Source: Minisyncoccota bacterium (GTDB lineage Bacteria > Patescibacteriota > Minisyncoccia > Phycocordibacterales > XYD1-FULL-46-19). Taken from it: 49,272 bases of DNA. Positions 34,189-43,197 of this stretch are shown in pieces. The notes below the pieces were generated by a model. That model was not told the DNA's origin and made no database searches. It was given only the letters and a program-made list of their open reading frames with translations. Both the position numbers and the translations under genes were made by a program. The stretch spans positions 1-49,272 of the forward strand of contig JAGORB010000002.1 in NCBI GenBank assembly GCA_018063065.1, read 5' to 3'. Position 1 is the stretch's first letter; every line of letters starts with the position of its first letter.

Positions 34189-36380
34189 GTAAAAAATATT
34201 TAATAATTATTAGCTTATTGACTCTTGTCCCACTGGGCTTAATCGCGCAGACTTCCGACAGTGTGAATGTGGGCTTAGAAGTAGCTCCGGATAATGATCC
34301 CGGCGGGGGAGGAGGGGGTGAGACTTTAATCGGTGGTTGGGTGTATGAAGATGCTGATGCTAATGGTAGTAAAGGCTCGTCCGAGGGTTGGCTTGCTGGT
34401 TGGACTATTAATTTATATAAAGATGGAACCATTGTCCGTACTCTGCAGAGCTCCGATGAGAAGGGTTTGTTTTATTTTTTAGATTTAGATCCTGGGATTT
34501 ACCAAGTGTGTGAAGACTTAATTGACCCCGATGAATGGGTGCAGACGGATCCTAATGCCACTGGTGGCTCATCGTGGCGGGCCGGGGACAGAGTGTTGTG
34601 CCCCAATGGTACTTGGGGTTACGAGACAGAAATTGAAGATGGTGAGGAGGCATACAGCTTCACCTTCGGTAACTTTGGCGGTGCCATTGGTGGAGTGCCG
34701 AATGTGATTAACTTTACGGCTACGCCAGCGACCACGGTTATTAATTTAAATTGGCAGAATCCAAATTACTTACCTCTCCAGGCGGTGCGGATTGTGCGCT
34801 TAATCGGCGGTGTGCCGGCTGATCCCAATGACGGCGAGTTGGTATATGAGGGCACCGGTGAGTCGGCCGTGGATAGCAATGTGGTACCGGGAGTAACTTA
34901 CACTTATGCCGCCTTTGTGCGTAATACCAGTAATCAATATTCTTCCGGTGCCATCGCCTCGGCCATGATTAGTGTGGGTGATGATGAGGATCCGCCCGAG
35001 TGCGAGACCGAGCCTTGTGATGATTTGCCTCCGGGTGATGACAATGTCTTCGATAATTACCCAACGGCCATTGATAATAGCTTACCGTCACCAACTTTAA
35101 TTTTTATTCAACCTAGTCATGGAGCCCAATCTTTGTCGGCGAGTGGCTCGGTGGAGATTGATGGCGCGGAAGAGTTAACAGTCTTCCTACCCGTGGGCGC
35201 CGTGCCGGAGGGGCTTAAGACTATTGGTCTAACCTTATTTGCCCCCAATAGTAATCGCTCGTTCTCCTTTATTTTACGTCTCAATGACGAGCGTACTGGT
35301 TATACCGCTACCCTTGCGCCCTTAGGCGAGAGCGGTCGTTACAACTTTACGCTCCATATTATTAATTATAAGAATCAACAAATTCAGCGCGTTAATGGAA
35401 CACTCGTGGTCTCGGCCAGTATTGGTCAATTACCCATTCCGGAAGGCTTAGATAATGTAGCGGTAGGTTTGGGCGTGGCGGTAGGTTTAACTCAATTATT
35501 ATTAGTAGCCACTCAAGCCAAGTCATTGACGGACATTTACTTAATTATTCTGCGGGCACTCTCGGCCCTCTTTGGCTACACCGGACTCAAGCGTCGTTAT
35601 CAACCGTGGGGCACGGTGTATGACGCCATTACCAAGCGACCGATTGATCCGGCGGTGGTAACCCTAATGCAGGGAGACAAAGAGGTAAGTACCGCTATTA
35701 CCGATATTGATGGGCGGTACGGCTTCTTCCTCCCGCCGGGCAATTATCACTTGAAGGCGGGTAAAACCCACTACCTCTTCCCCTCCAAGATCTTGGCCGG
35801 ACAAGAGAGTGACCCACTGTATAATAATCTCTACTTCGGTCAGGCGATTACCACCGAGAAGGCGGGAGAGATTGTGGCCCGCAATATCCCGCTTGACCCA
35901 ATCGACTTCGACTGGAATGAATTTGTAAAAAATAAAGGCCAGTACTTTAAATTAGCCACGCGCCGCCGGCGAGTGCAGGCGATTATCTTTAACGGTCTGT
36001 ATTTATTGGGCTTCGTTATTGCTGTCTTCCACACTCTCACTTCACCCTCTACTACCGACTTCGTAATCTTGGCGGCCTACTTGGCGATTTATGCCGGGCA
36101 GAAGTTCTGGAAGTATCGTTATCCGGTCTTGTCTTTGAAGCGTCAGGGCGGCGAGCCACTTTCTTATTCCGTGATTAAAGTCTTCCTCGCCGGACTTAAT
36201 CAAGAAGTGAAGAGAGTGATTACCAATGAGCTAGGCCAATTCTACTTGCTCTTGCGCCCGGGGGAGTACTACTTCGTGATTGAAGAAAAACTACCCGACG
36301 CCTCGTATCGTGAGGTCCACCGTTCCTCCCCTCAAGTCCTCAAAACCGGTGTCCTCCAAAAAGATCTCATCATCCCATAA
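34185..36380 (+). CDS. Large multidomain surface/membrane protein (SdrD-B-like, Fn3-like, carboxypeptidase-regulatory-like domains, internal TM helices)
   Basis: ATGA overlap with the upstream gene and a signal peptide. SdrD-B-like segment GGWVYEDADANGSKGSSEGWLAGWTINLYKDG..GLFYFLDLDPGIYQV. Fn3-like segment (TVINLNWQNP..YTYAAFVRN). An acidic Cys-containing linker follows. The C-terminal half has hydrophobic helices alternating with WGTVYDAITKRPI..DIDGRYGFFLPPGNYHL-type domains. Confidence 0.75.
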   Translation: MSKKYLIIISLLTLVPLGLIAQTSDSVNVGLEVAPDNDPGGGGGGETLIGGWVYEDADANGSKGSSEGWLAGWTINLYKDGTIVRTLQSSDEKGLFYFLDLDPGIYQVCEDLIDPDEWVQTDPNATGGSSWRAGDRVLCPNGTWGYETEIEDGEEAYSFTFGNFGGAIGGVPNVINFTATPATTVINLNWQNPNYLPLQAVRIVRLIGGVPADPNDGELVYEGTGESAVDSNVVPGVTYTYAAFVRNTSNQYSSGAIASAMISVGDDEDPPECETEPCDDLPPGDDNVFDNYPTAIDNSLPSPTLIFIQPSHGAQSLSASGSVEIDGAEELTVFLPVGAVPEGLKTIGLTLFAPNSNRSFSFILRLNDERTGYTATLAPLGESGRYNFTLHIINYKNQQIQRVNGTLVVSASIGQLPIPEGLDNVAVGLGVAVGLTQLLLVATQAKSLTDIYLIILRALSALFGYTGLKRRYQPWGTVYDAITKRPIDPAVVTLMQGDKEVSTAITDIDGRYGFFLPPGNYHLKAGKTHYLFPSKILAGQESDPLYNNLYFGQAITTEKAGEIVARNIPLDPIDFDWNEFVKNKGQYFKLATRRRRVQAIIFNGLYLLGFVIAVFHTLTSPSTTDFVILAAYLAIYAGQKFWKYRYPVLSLKRQGGEPLSYSVIKVFLAGLNQEVKRVITNELGQFYLLLRPGEYYFVIEEKLPDASYREVHRSSPQVLKTGVLQKDLIIP

Positions 36381-36388
36381 ATCTTAAT

Positions 36389-36417
36389 TTGCCAGAGGGG
36401 TTGCTAATAGGCATAAT
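36389..36417 (+). promoter_or_regulatory. Putative sigma-70 promoter of mreB
   Basis: TTGCCA (36389-36394), a 17-nt spacer, then CATAAT (36412-36417). The ATG is at 36430. Confidence 0.5.
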
Positions 36418-36429
36418 GGGCTTGCTCAT

Positions 36430-37443
36430 ATGGCGTTTTTTAATAAGAAATTGGGGATTGATTTGGGAACAGCTAATACGCTGGTCTTTGTGCCGGGGCA
36501 GGGGATTGTGCTCAATGAGCCCTCGGTGGTGGCGGTGTCAGAAGTTGATAATCGGGTAGTAGCGGTAGGCACCGAGGCCAAGGAGATGGTGGGTAAAACG
36601 CCAGACAATATTGTGGCCTATCGGCCAATGAAGGACGGAGTTATTGCCGATTACCGCATCACTGAGGCCATGCTTCGTTATTATATTCAGAAGGCCTTGG
36701 GCAAGTGGAATTTAATCAAGCCCGATGTCATGATCTCGGTCCCGGCCGGCGTTACCTCCACCGAGCGCCGCGCGGTTATTGAGGCGGCAATGAAGGCGGG
36801 CGCTAAAAATGCCTATGTGGTTAAGGAGCCGATCCTCGCCGCTATCGGCGCCGGCATCCCCATTTATGAACCGAAGGGGCACATGGTGGTGGATATTGGT
36901 GGTGGCACCACTGATGTCGCGGTAATTTCTCTCGGCGGCATCGTGGCTTCCACCTCGGTTAAATATGCCGGCAATAAAATTGATCAAGCCATCGCCGATT
37001 ATATTAAAAAGACTTTCAATCTGGCGATTGGCGAGAAGATGGCCGAGGAGGTCAAGATTGCCATCGGTTCGGCCGTGCCAATTGAAGATGAGTTATCTTA
37101 TGTCATTAAGGGCCGCGACTTCTTAACCGGCCTCCCGCGCTCGGCCGAGGTCAAGACCAATGAGATTGTGCGAGCAATTGACAATGAGTTGCGCGAGATT
37201 GTGAAGGCGATTAAGGCCGTCTTCCAAGACACGCCTCCAGAGTTGGCGGCGGATATTATTGATCGTGGCATTACTATGACCGGTGGCTCGTCTCAACTTC
37301 GCAATTTGCCAGAACTCGTTTTCCGTCGCACCGGTGTTAAGGCGGTCTTGGCCGATGAGGCCTTGTATTGCGTGGTTAAGGGCACCGGTGTCGCCCTTGA
37401 TCACCTCGAGATTTATAAGAAGAGCATTATTACCAAGCAGTAA
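36430..37443 (+). CDS. mreB: Rod shape-determining actin homologue MreB (paralogue 1)
   Basis: GIDLGTANTLVF, the phosphate/adenosine motifs DIGGGTTDVAVISLGG, and GITMTGGSSQLRNL. Confidence 0.93.
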   Translation: MAFFNKKLGIDLGTANTLVFVPGQGIVLNEPSVVAVSEVDNRVVAVGTEAKEMVGKTPDNIVAYRPMKDGVIADYRITEAMLRYYIQKALGKWNLIKPDVMISVPAGVTSTERRAVIEAAMKAGAKNAYVVKEPILAAIGAGIPIYEPKGHMVVDIGGGTTDVAVISLGGIVASTSVKYAGNKIDQAIADYIKKTFNLAIGEKMAEEVKIAIGSAVPIEDELSYVIKGRDFLTGLPRSAEVKTNEIVRAIDNELREIVKAIKAVFQDTPPELAADIIDRGITMTGGSSQLRNLPELVFRRTGVKAVLADEALYCVVKGTGVALDHLEIYKKSIITKQ

Positions 37444-37444
37444 G

Positions 37445-38137
37445 ATGGAGCGGATTATTGAAGAGATCTTCACCTCTGATTACCTGCCTCGTCATCACGC
37501 CTTCCTCCTCACGGGTGAGCCTTTCTCTTTAGTGCCGGCTTTGCGCGAGCAATTGATGGCGCAGGCCAAGGTGCCACGCGGCGAGATTAATGAAGTGCTG
37601 AAGTCCAAGTTAACAGTTGATGATAGTCGTGAGCTTAAGAAGATGATTGGCTCGCCGGTTGCTCACAGTCACCGCTTTTTATTAATTGGCTTGGTGGAGC
37701 TGACAGAGGAGGCCGAGCAAGCCTTACTTAAATTATTGGAGGAGCCGCCTAAGGACTTGGTAATTATTTTAATCTGTCCACCACCGGCTAATTTGCGACC
37801 GACTATTTTATCGCGCCTGTGGCGCTTGGGGGGCGGGGGAGAGATGGACGCCAATTTTAAATTTTTAACTCTCACGCCCGCTGACCGCTTGGCTTTAATC
37901 AATAAAGAATTGGAGAAGATTGCCGAGGAAGAGGCGTCGGCTAAAGCTTATGTCTTAACCGTGCTCTCAATAGTTGAGCAAGAGCTGGCGGCTAGTTTGA
38001 AGGAGGGAGTAGCTGCCGAGAAGGTCAAGCAAGCGGGGGAGGTGTTAAGGAGTAGCCGTTCTTTACTCTACACCAGCACCCGCTTCTCGGCCAAATTGTT
38101 CTTAGAGCATTTAAGCTTAACTTTACCCCGGCTGTGA
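37445..38137 (+). CDS. holB: DNA polymerase III delta'-like clamp-loader subunit (short)
   Basis: HAFLLTGEP and the sensor region EEAEQALLKLLEEPPKDLVIILIC..LRPTILSRLWRL. I chose the ATG at 37445; the ORF-track extension overlaps mreB. Confidence 0.7.
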   Translation: MERIIEEIFTSDYLPRHHAFLLTGEPFSLVPALREQLMAQAKVPRGEINEVLKSKLTVDDSRELKKMIGSPVAHSHRFLLIGLVELTEEAEQALLKLLEEPPKDLVIILICPPPANLRPTILSRLWRLGGGGEMDANFKFLTLTPADRLALINKELEKIAEEEASAKAYVLTVLSIVEQELAASLKEGVAAEKVKQAGEVLRSSRSLLYTSTRFSAKLFLEHLSLTLPRL

Positions 38138-38159
38138 TATACTCTGAATAATTATTTTT

Positions 38160-38693
38160 ATGGCTTACGATTTCTCTATTTTTAAGAAGCGGGTCTTGGA
38201 GATTAACGACTGGTTGCTGCGAGAGTACTCGAGCATTCGCACCGGCCGGGCGACGCCGCTGATCTTGGATAATGTGGTGGTGGATTCTTATGGTTCCAAG
38301 GTCCCAGTCAAGCATGTGGCGGCGATTAATATTGAGGATCCGCGCACCCTCCGGATTACGCCGTGGGATAAATCTCAGACCAGGGCGTTAGAGACCGGCA
38401 TTATGAATGCCAACTTAGGCCTCTCGGTCATTGCCGATGGGGAGGGCTTGCGCCTCGTCTTCCCCGAGCTTACTGGCGAGCGGCGCGAGCAATTTGTGAA
38501 GTTGGTTAAAGAGAAGATGGAGGAGGCTCGCGTCTCTTTGCGCAAGGAGCGCGAGAAGGTCTTGAGCGATCTTAATTCTTTATCCGATGATGAGAAGTTT
38601 AAGGCCCGAGAAGAATTACAAAAGTTGGTAGATAAAGGCAATGCCGACTTCCTCACTATCGCCGAGAAGAAGGAGGTAGAATTACGCTCATAA
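38160..38693 (+). CDS. frr: Ribosome recycling factor
   Basis: 177 aa with SIRTGRATPLILDNVVVDSYGS and LTGERREQFVKLVKEKMEEARVSLR. Confidence 0.95.
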   Translation: MAYDFSIFKKRVLEINDWLLREYSSIRTGRATPLILDNVVVDSYGSKVPVKHVAAINIEDPRTLRITPWDKSQTRALETGIMNANLGLSVIADGEGLRLVFPELTGERREQFVKLVKEKMEEARVSLRKEREKVLSDLNSLSDDEKFKAREELQKLVDKGNADFLTIAEKKEVELRS

Positions 38694-38699
38694 CTTCTA

Positions 38700-39788
38700 A
38701 TGACTATTATTTTATTTTTATTAGTTTTAGGTTTACTAGTTCTAGTCCACGAGTTGGGCCACTTTTTACTGGCTAAGTGGGGCGGGGTGGCCGTGGATGA
38801 ATTTGGGATCGGCTTCCCGCCCAAGTTGTGGGCCAAGCGTTTGGGTGAGACGGTTTATTCTTTAAATATTTTGCCTTTGGGCGGCTTCGTTAAATTGCGC
38901 GGAGAGGATGGCACGGATATGCCGGATATGAAGAGCTTGGGCGCCAAGAGTCGCGGGGTGCAAGCCTTAATTATGGTGGCCGGCGTGGTGGCCAATTTAC
39001 TCTTGGCTTGGGTCTTACTCTCGACCGCTTTATTCTTGGGCTTGCCGGCTTCTACGGCCACGGTGCCGGAGGGAGCGATTATCCCCGACGCCTCGTTGAT
39101 TATTACCGGCGTGCGCCCCGAGTCGCCGGCCGAGAAGGCTGGACTTAAGGTGGGGGATGAAATTTTAACCATCAAGAAGGCTAATCTCTCGCCCGCCAAC
39201 TTGGAAGCGGAGACGGTGATTGAATTTTTAACCAAGAATGCTTCGCCGGTTACTCTTACTTATCTCTCGCCTAATAATGAGGAGGTGAAGACGGCTCTCA
39301 TCACGCCGGTCGTAGGCTTGGTGGAGGATGACATCCCGGCGATTGGTATTAGTTTAGACCGCATTGGCACACTTAAACTACCTTTCTTCTCGGCCATTAT
39401 TGAAGGTTTCAAATTTACTGGTCGGATTATTGAGGCCACAGTGCTGGGCTTGGGCCAAATTGTTAAAGAGGCGGTCTCGGGTGAGAAGAATATTCTTAAG
39501 GCCTTTATTGGCCCCGTGGGTCTGGTGGGCCTAGTGGGTGATGCCAGCGACTTTGGTCTCGCTTACTTACTATCTTTCATTGCTTTCATTTCTGTTAACT
39601 TGGCAATTTTTAATCTCTTGCCTTTACCGGCCCTCGATGGCGGCCGCCTACTTATTCTCGCGGTGGAAGCGATTATCCGCCGGCCCCTGCCTGTTACCTT
39701 CACCACTTGGCTCAACCTGCTCGGCTTCGCCTTCCTCCTCCTCTTAATGGTCGTCATCACCTACAGTGACTTAGTGCGTTTATTCTAG
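38700..39788 (+). CDS. rseP: Site-2 protease, M50 family (RseP/RasP-like) with a PDZ domain
   Basis: HELGH zinc motif in TM1, a PDZ segment (SPAEKAGLKVGDEILTI) and the C-terminal NLLPLPALDGG motif. Confidence 0.9.
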   Translation: MTIILFLLVLGLLVLVHELGHFLLAKWGGVAVDEFGIGFPPKLWAKRLGETVYSLNILPLGGFVKLRGEDGTDMPDMKSLGAKSRGVQALIMVAGVVANLLLAWVLLSTALFLGLPASTATVPEGAIIPDASLIITGVRPESPAEKAGLKVGDEILTIKKANLSPANLEAETVIEFLTKNASPVTLTYLSPNNEEVKTALITPVVGLVEDDIPAIGISLDRIGTLKLPFFSAIIEGFKFTGRIIEATVLGLGQIVKEAVSGEKNILKAFIGPVGLVGLVGDASDFGLAYLLSFIAFISVNLAIFNLLPLPALDGGRLLILAVEAIIRRPLPVTFTTWLNLLGFAFLLLLMVVITYSDLVRLF

Positions 39789-39828
39789 CTTTTGACCAAG
39801 GGAGACTTTTGCCGTAAACTGAAGCCAC

Positions 39829-41076
39829 ATGCGGCAATCGGCTCTATTTACTAAGACGCGGCGGGAGGATCCTAAGGATGAAGTGGCTAAGAATGCCCGC
39901 CTCTTAACGCGAGCCGGATTTATTCATAAAGAGTTGGCCGGCGTTTATTCTTACTTACCTTTGGGCTTACGAGTGGTAGAGAAGATCAATAACATCATTC
40001 GGGAAGAAATGAATGCCTTGGGCGCTCAAGAAGTGTCTCTCTCTAATCTCCAAGACCCCAGTATTTGGGACAAGACCGATCGTTGGAGCGACGAGTCGGT
40101 AGATGTCTGGTTTAAGACCAAACTTAAGAATGACACTGAGCTGGGTCTCAACTTTACCAATGAAGAGCCGATAACTCGTTTGGCTCAAGAGCATATTCAA
40201 TCTTATCGCGACTTGCCAGCCTCGCTGTATCAAATTGGCCGGAAGTTTAGGAATGAGACTAGGGCCAAGAGCGGTATCCTCCGCGGACGAGAATTCTTAA
40301 TGAAGGATCTTTATTCTTTCCACGCTACCGAAGAAGATTTAAATAATTTTTATGAGAAGGTGAAGCAAGCTTACCTAAATATTTTTAAGCGGGTTGGTTT
40401 GGGCGATCATACTTACATCACCTACGCCTCCGGCGGTGTGTTTAGTGAATTTAGCCATGAATTCCAGACCCTGTGTGAGGCTGGCGAGGATGTTATTTAT
40501 TATTCTGACGAGAAGAAGTTGGCTGTTAATAAGGAGGTTTATAATGATGAAGTTCTAAACACTGTTGGTCTAGAACGCTCTGACTTGGAGGAGGGCAAGG
40601 CGATTGAAGTGGGTAATATTTTTAAACTCGGCACCCGCTTCTCGGAGGCCCTCGATCTTAGTTACCTAGATGAATCGGGCAAGAAGGTGCCGGTGGTGAT
40701 GGCCTCTTACGGTATTGGTCCGGAGCGAGTGATGGGCACGGTGGTGGAGGTCTTGGCTAAAGATAATGCCTTGGTCTGGCCGGAGAGTATTGCGCCGTTT
40801 AAGCTCCACTTAATTGTTCTTAATCAAGAAGAAGCAGCGGTTAAAGCCGAAGCGGATAAAATTTATGACGAGTTGGTAAGTCGCGGCGTGGAAGTGCTTT
40901 ATGATGATCGCGAGCTCTCCACGGGTGAGAAGTTGGGTGATGCCGACTTGCTAGGCTTGCCTCGGCGGGTGATTGTGAGTAAGCGCAACTTAGAGGCAGG
41001 GCAAGTGGAGTGTAAAGAAACTTTAACCGGTAAGACTGACATGATGACTACGGCTGATTTATATGACTCCCTTTAA
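39829..41076 (+). CDS. proS: Prolyl-tRNA synthetase, bacterial type lacking the INS editing domain
   Basis: Class II motifs (FRNETRAKSGILRGREFLMKDLYSF; GNIFKLGTRFSEAL; ASYGIGPERV) and an anticodon-binding domain. It is only 415 aa. Confidence 0.9.
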   Translation: MRQSALFTKTRREDPKDEVAKNARLLTRAGFIHKELAGVYSYLPLGLRVVEKINNIIREEMNALGAQEVSLSNLQDPSIWDKTDRWSDESVDVWFKTKLKNDTELGLNFTNEEPITRLAQEHIQSYRDLPASLYQIGRKFRNETRAKSGILRGREFLMKDLYSFHATEEDLNNFYEKVKQAYLNIFKRVGLGDHTYITYASGGVFSEFSHEFQTLCEAGEDVIYYSDEKKLAVNKEVYNDEVLNTVGLERSDLEEGKAIEVGNIFKLGTRFSEALDLSYLDESGKKVPVVMASYGIGPERVMGTVVEVLAKDNALVWPESIAPFKLHLIVLNQEEAAVKAEADKIYDELVSRGVEVLYDDRELSTGEKLGDADLLGLPRRVIVSKRNLEAGQVECKETLTGKTDMMTTADLYDSL

Positions 41077-42151
41077 TTTTGATTTTAAAAAATTATTAAA
41101 CTGGCGAGAATGGCTATCTACTCTCGGCAGTGATATTGGTTTGGACCTCGGTACTTCCAGCACTCTTATTTATATTAAGGGGCAGGGGATTGTGTCGGTG
41201 GAGCCCTCGATTGTGGCCGTTAATCAGAAGACCGGTCGGGTGGTGGCCATTGGTACCGATGCTGCCAGTATGATTGGCCGGACGCCCGCCCATATTGAGG
41301 CGGTGCGGCCACTCTTGGCTGGCGTGATCTCCAACTTTGAAGTAACAGAAGAGATGCTGGCCTACTTTATGCGCAAGGCGATTAATGCCTCGGGTAAAAA
41401 GTATTTCCGTCCGCGGGTGGTGGTGGGCGTGCCGTCCTCGATTACCAATGTTGAGCGCCGGGCGGTGCGCGATGTGGTGCGTAATGCTGGCGCCAGAGAA
41501 GTGCATTTAATTGAAGAGCCAATGGCCGCCGCCTTGGGCATTCGCTTGCCGGTGTATGATCCGGTGGGCAGTATGGTTATTGATATTGGTGGTGGGACCA
41601 CTGACATTGCCGTTATTTCCTTGGGTGGGATTGTGAAGGCCAAGAATTTACATATTGCCGGCGAGAAGTTGAATCAAGACATTATTACTTATGTCCGCGA
41701 TGAGTTTAAAATTTTATTAGGCGAGAAGACAGCCGAGGAGGTGAAGATTGCCATTGGCTCGGTGTATAAGGTTGCTGGCGTGAGCGAGGCCACCATCCGC
41801 GGACGTGACTTGGTAACAGGTCTGCCACGCGAGGTGGTCATTACTGATGCCGATATTAGAGAGGCGGTCATGCCCTCAATCCAAACTTTAGTCGAGGCAG
41901 TGAAGGAGGTCTTAGAGACTACTCCACCGGAAGTGTTGTCGGATATTATGAATCGGGGAATTATCTTAGTCGGGGCTGGGTCCCAAATTCAAGGCTTGCC
42001 GCAACTACTGGAGCGAGAATTGGAATTACCGGTGCACTTGGTGGATGATCCGGTGACGGCGGTGGTGCGCGGGACGGGGGTAATTTTAGAGAATGTAAAT
42101 GAATATCGTGATATCTTAATTGATAATGAAGATGAACTTCCGCCCCGATAA
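41063..42151 (+). CDS. mreB: MreB paralogue 2 (with an N-terminal ~25-aa extension)
   Basis: GLDLGTSSTLIY, DIGGGTTDIAVISLGG and GIILVGAGSQIQGL. It overlaps the proS stop by 14 nt and heads mreC-mreD-mrdA. Confidence 0.92.
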   Translation: MTPFNFDFKKLLNWREWLSTLGSDIGLDLGTSSTLIYIKGQGIVSVEPSIVAVNQKTGRVVAIGTDAASMIGRTPAHIEAVRPLLAGVISNFEVTEEMLAYFMRKAINASGKKYFRPRVVVGVPSSITNVERRAVRDVVRNAGAREVHLIEEPMAAALGIRLPVYDPVGSMVIDIGGGTTDIAVISLGGIVKAKNLHIAGEKLNQDIITYVRDEFKILLGEKTAEEVKIAIGSVYKVAGVSEATIRGRDLVTGLPREVVITDADIREAVMPSIQTLVEAVKEVLETTPPEVLSDIMNRGIILVGAGSQIQGLPQLLERELELPVHLVDDPVTAVVRGTGVILENVNEYRDILIDNEDELPPR

Positions 42152-42950
42152 ATCACTTCAGTCACGACATTATGGTTGGCACATCTCGCGCCGCCGAGCG
42201 GCGGCGTTGGTGATTATTTTTGGCCTCGCTTTGTTTGGCCAATCCTTGTTGCGACGAGGCTTAGAGTCGCCGGTCGCAGTAGTTACTTATCCGGTGCTGG
42301 CCCTGCAAAAGATGTTTGATCACAATCGCTTGGTCTGGAGTGAATATTTATCTCGCCAACGCTCACTTACTATCGAGAACTTGCGTCTGAAAGAAGAGAA
42401 TGAGCAATTAAAGTTGGAATCGCTCTCGGCCAAACAAACCGCCGAGAATTATCGCTCGCTCCGCGCTTCGCTCGGACAATATGCCCCACGGCTGGATCAA
42501 GTCTTGGCTCAAGTGTTGGTCACACCGGAGCGGGCGCCCTTTGATACTGTGATCGTGGATTTAGGTAAGAATAATAGCACTCGGCCCATAGTCCGGGGTC
42601 ACATTGCCGAGAGCGGGGGAGTTGTTTTAGGTGAGGTGGTGGAAGTTTATCCCTACTCGGCCAAGGTCAGACTCTTCTCCTCGGCCGGGTTAGAATTGCC
42701 GGTAGTCGTGGGTCCCAGTAAAATTCCGGCCACTGCCATTGGGCGCGGTGGAGGTAATTTTATCGCTTCTATGCCTCGGGGTGTAACCGTGGCGCTGGGC
42801 GACTTGGTTACCGTGCCGGCCTTGGGCGAGCGAGTGCTTGCTACCGTGGGAGCGGTTGATAATGATCCGGAAGAGCCCCTGCAGAAGGTGTATCTCAAAA
42901 GTCCGGTTAATTTATTCACTTTAAATTGGCTGTGGATCAATGCTCGCTAA
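42126..42950 (+). CDS. mreC: Rod shape-determining protein MreC
   Basis: TM helix, coiled coil (ENLRLKEENEQLKLE) and a beta-barrel domain (VIVDLGKNNS..GEVVEVYPYSAKVRL). The start is ambiguous (TTG 42120, ATG 42126 or 42132). Confidence 0.8.
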   Translation: MKMNFRPDKSLQSRHYGWHISRRRAAALVIIFGLALFGQSLLRRGLESPVAVVTYPVLALQKMFDHNRLVWSEYLSRQRSLTIENLRLKEENEQLKLESLSAKQTAENYRSLRASLGQYAPRLDQVLAQVLVTPERAPFDTVIVDLGKNNSTRPIVRGHIAESGGVVLGEVVEVYPYSAKVRLFSSAGLELPVVVGPSKIPATAIGRGGGNFIASMPRGVTVALGDLVTVPALGERVLATVGAVDNDPEEPLQKVYLKSPVNLFTLNWLWINAR

Positions 42951-43197
42951 GCGTTTATTGTTGGGAGTTGTTCTCTTAATTTCTCTCTTTTTTGGGCCGT
43001 GGTGGCTCACAGTTATTATTGGCTTGTTTGGTCTAATTTATTTTAAGAATTATTATGAGGTGGCCGTCGTGGCTTTACTCTTTGATCTCATTTATGGCTC
43101 GGCTAGCGCCTCGCCGTGGTTGCCGCTACCATTCTTCCTAAGTTCTGTCGTGCTCTTGCTTATTGTCTCACCCCTCCGTTATCGCTTATGGTATTAA
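42940..43197 (+). CDS. mreD: Small 3-TM membrane protein in the MreD position
   Basis: The assignment rests on synteny between mreC and the PBP2 gene and on hydrophobicity alone. At 85 aa it is shorter than a typical MreD. Confidence 0.45.
   Translation: MLAKRLLLGVVLLISLFFGPWWLTVIIGLFGLIYFKNYYEVAVVALLFDLIYGSASASPWLPLPFFLSSVVLLLIVSPLRYRLWY

Noticed and set aside
37283-37444. N-terminal extensions offered by the ORF track: holB from 37283, mrdA from 43116, greA from 45224, mraZ from 47414, DUF378 from 20195, the kinase from 21249, cdaA from 22016, operon gene 3 from 33355, M15B from 15613 and PPIase from 18197.
   Set aside because: The extensions overlap upstream genes or terminators, or they add sequence unrelated to the family. 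Internal ATGs give canonical N-termini or signal peptides.
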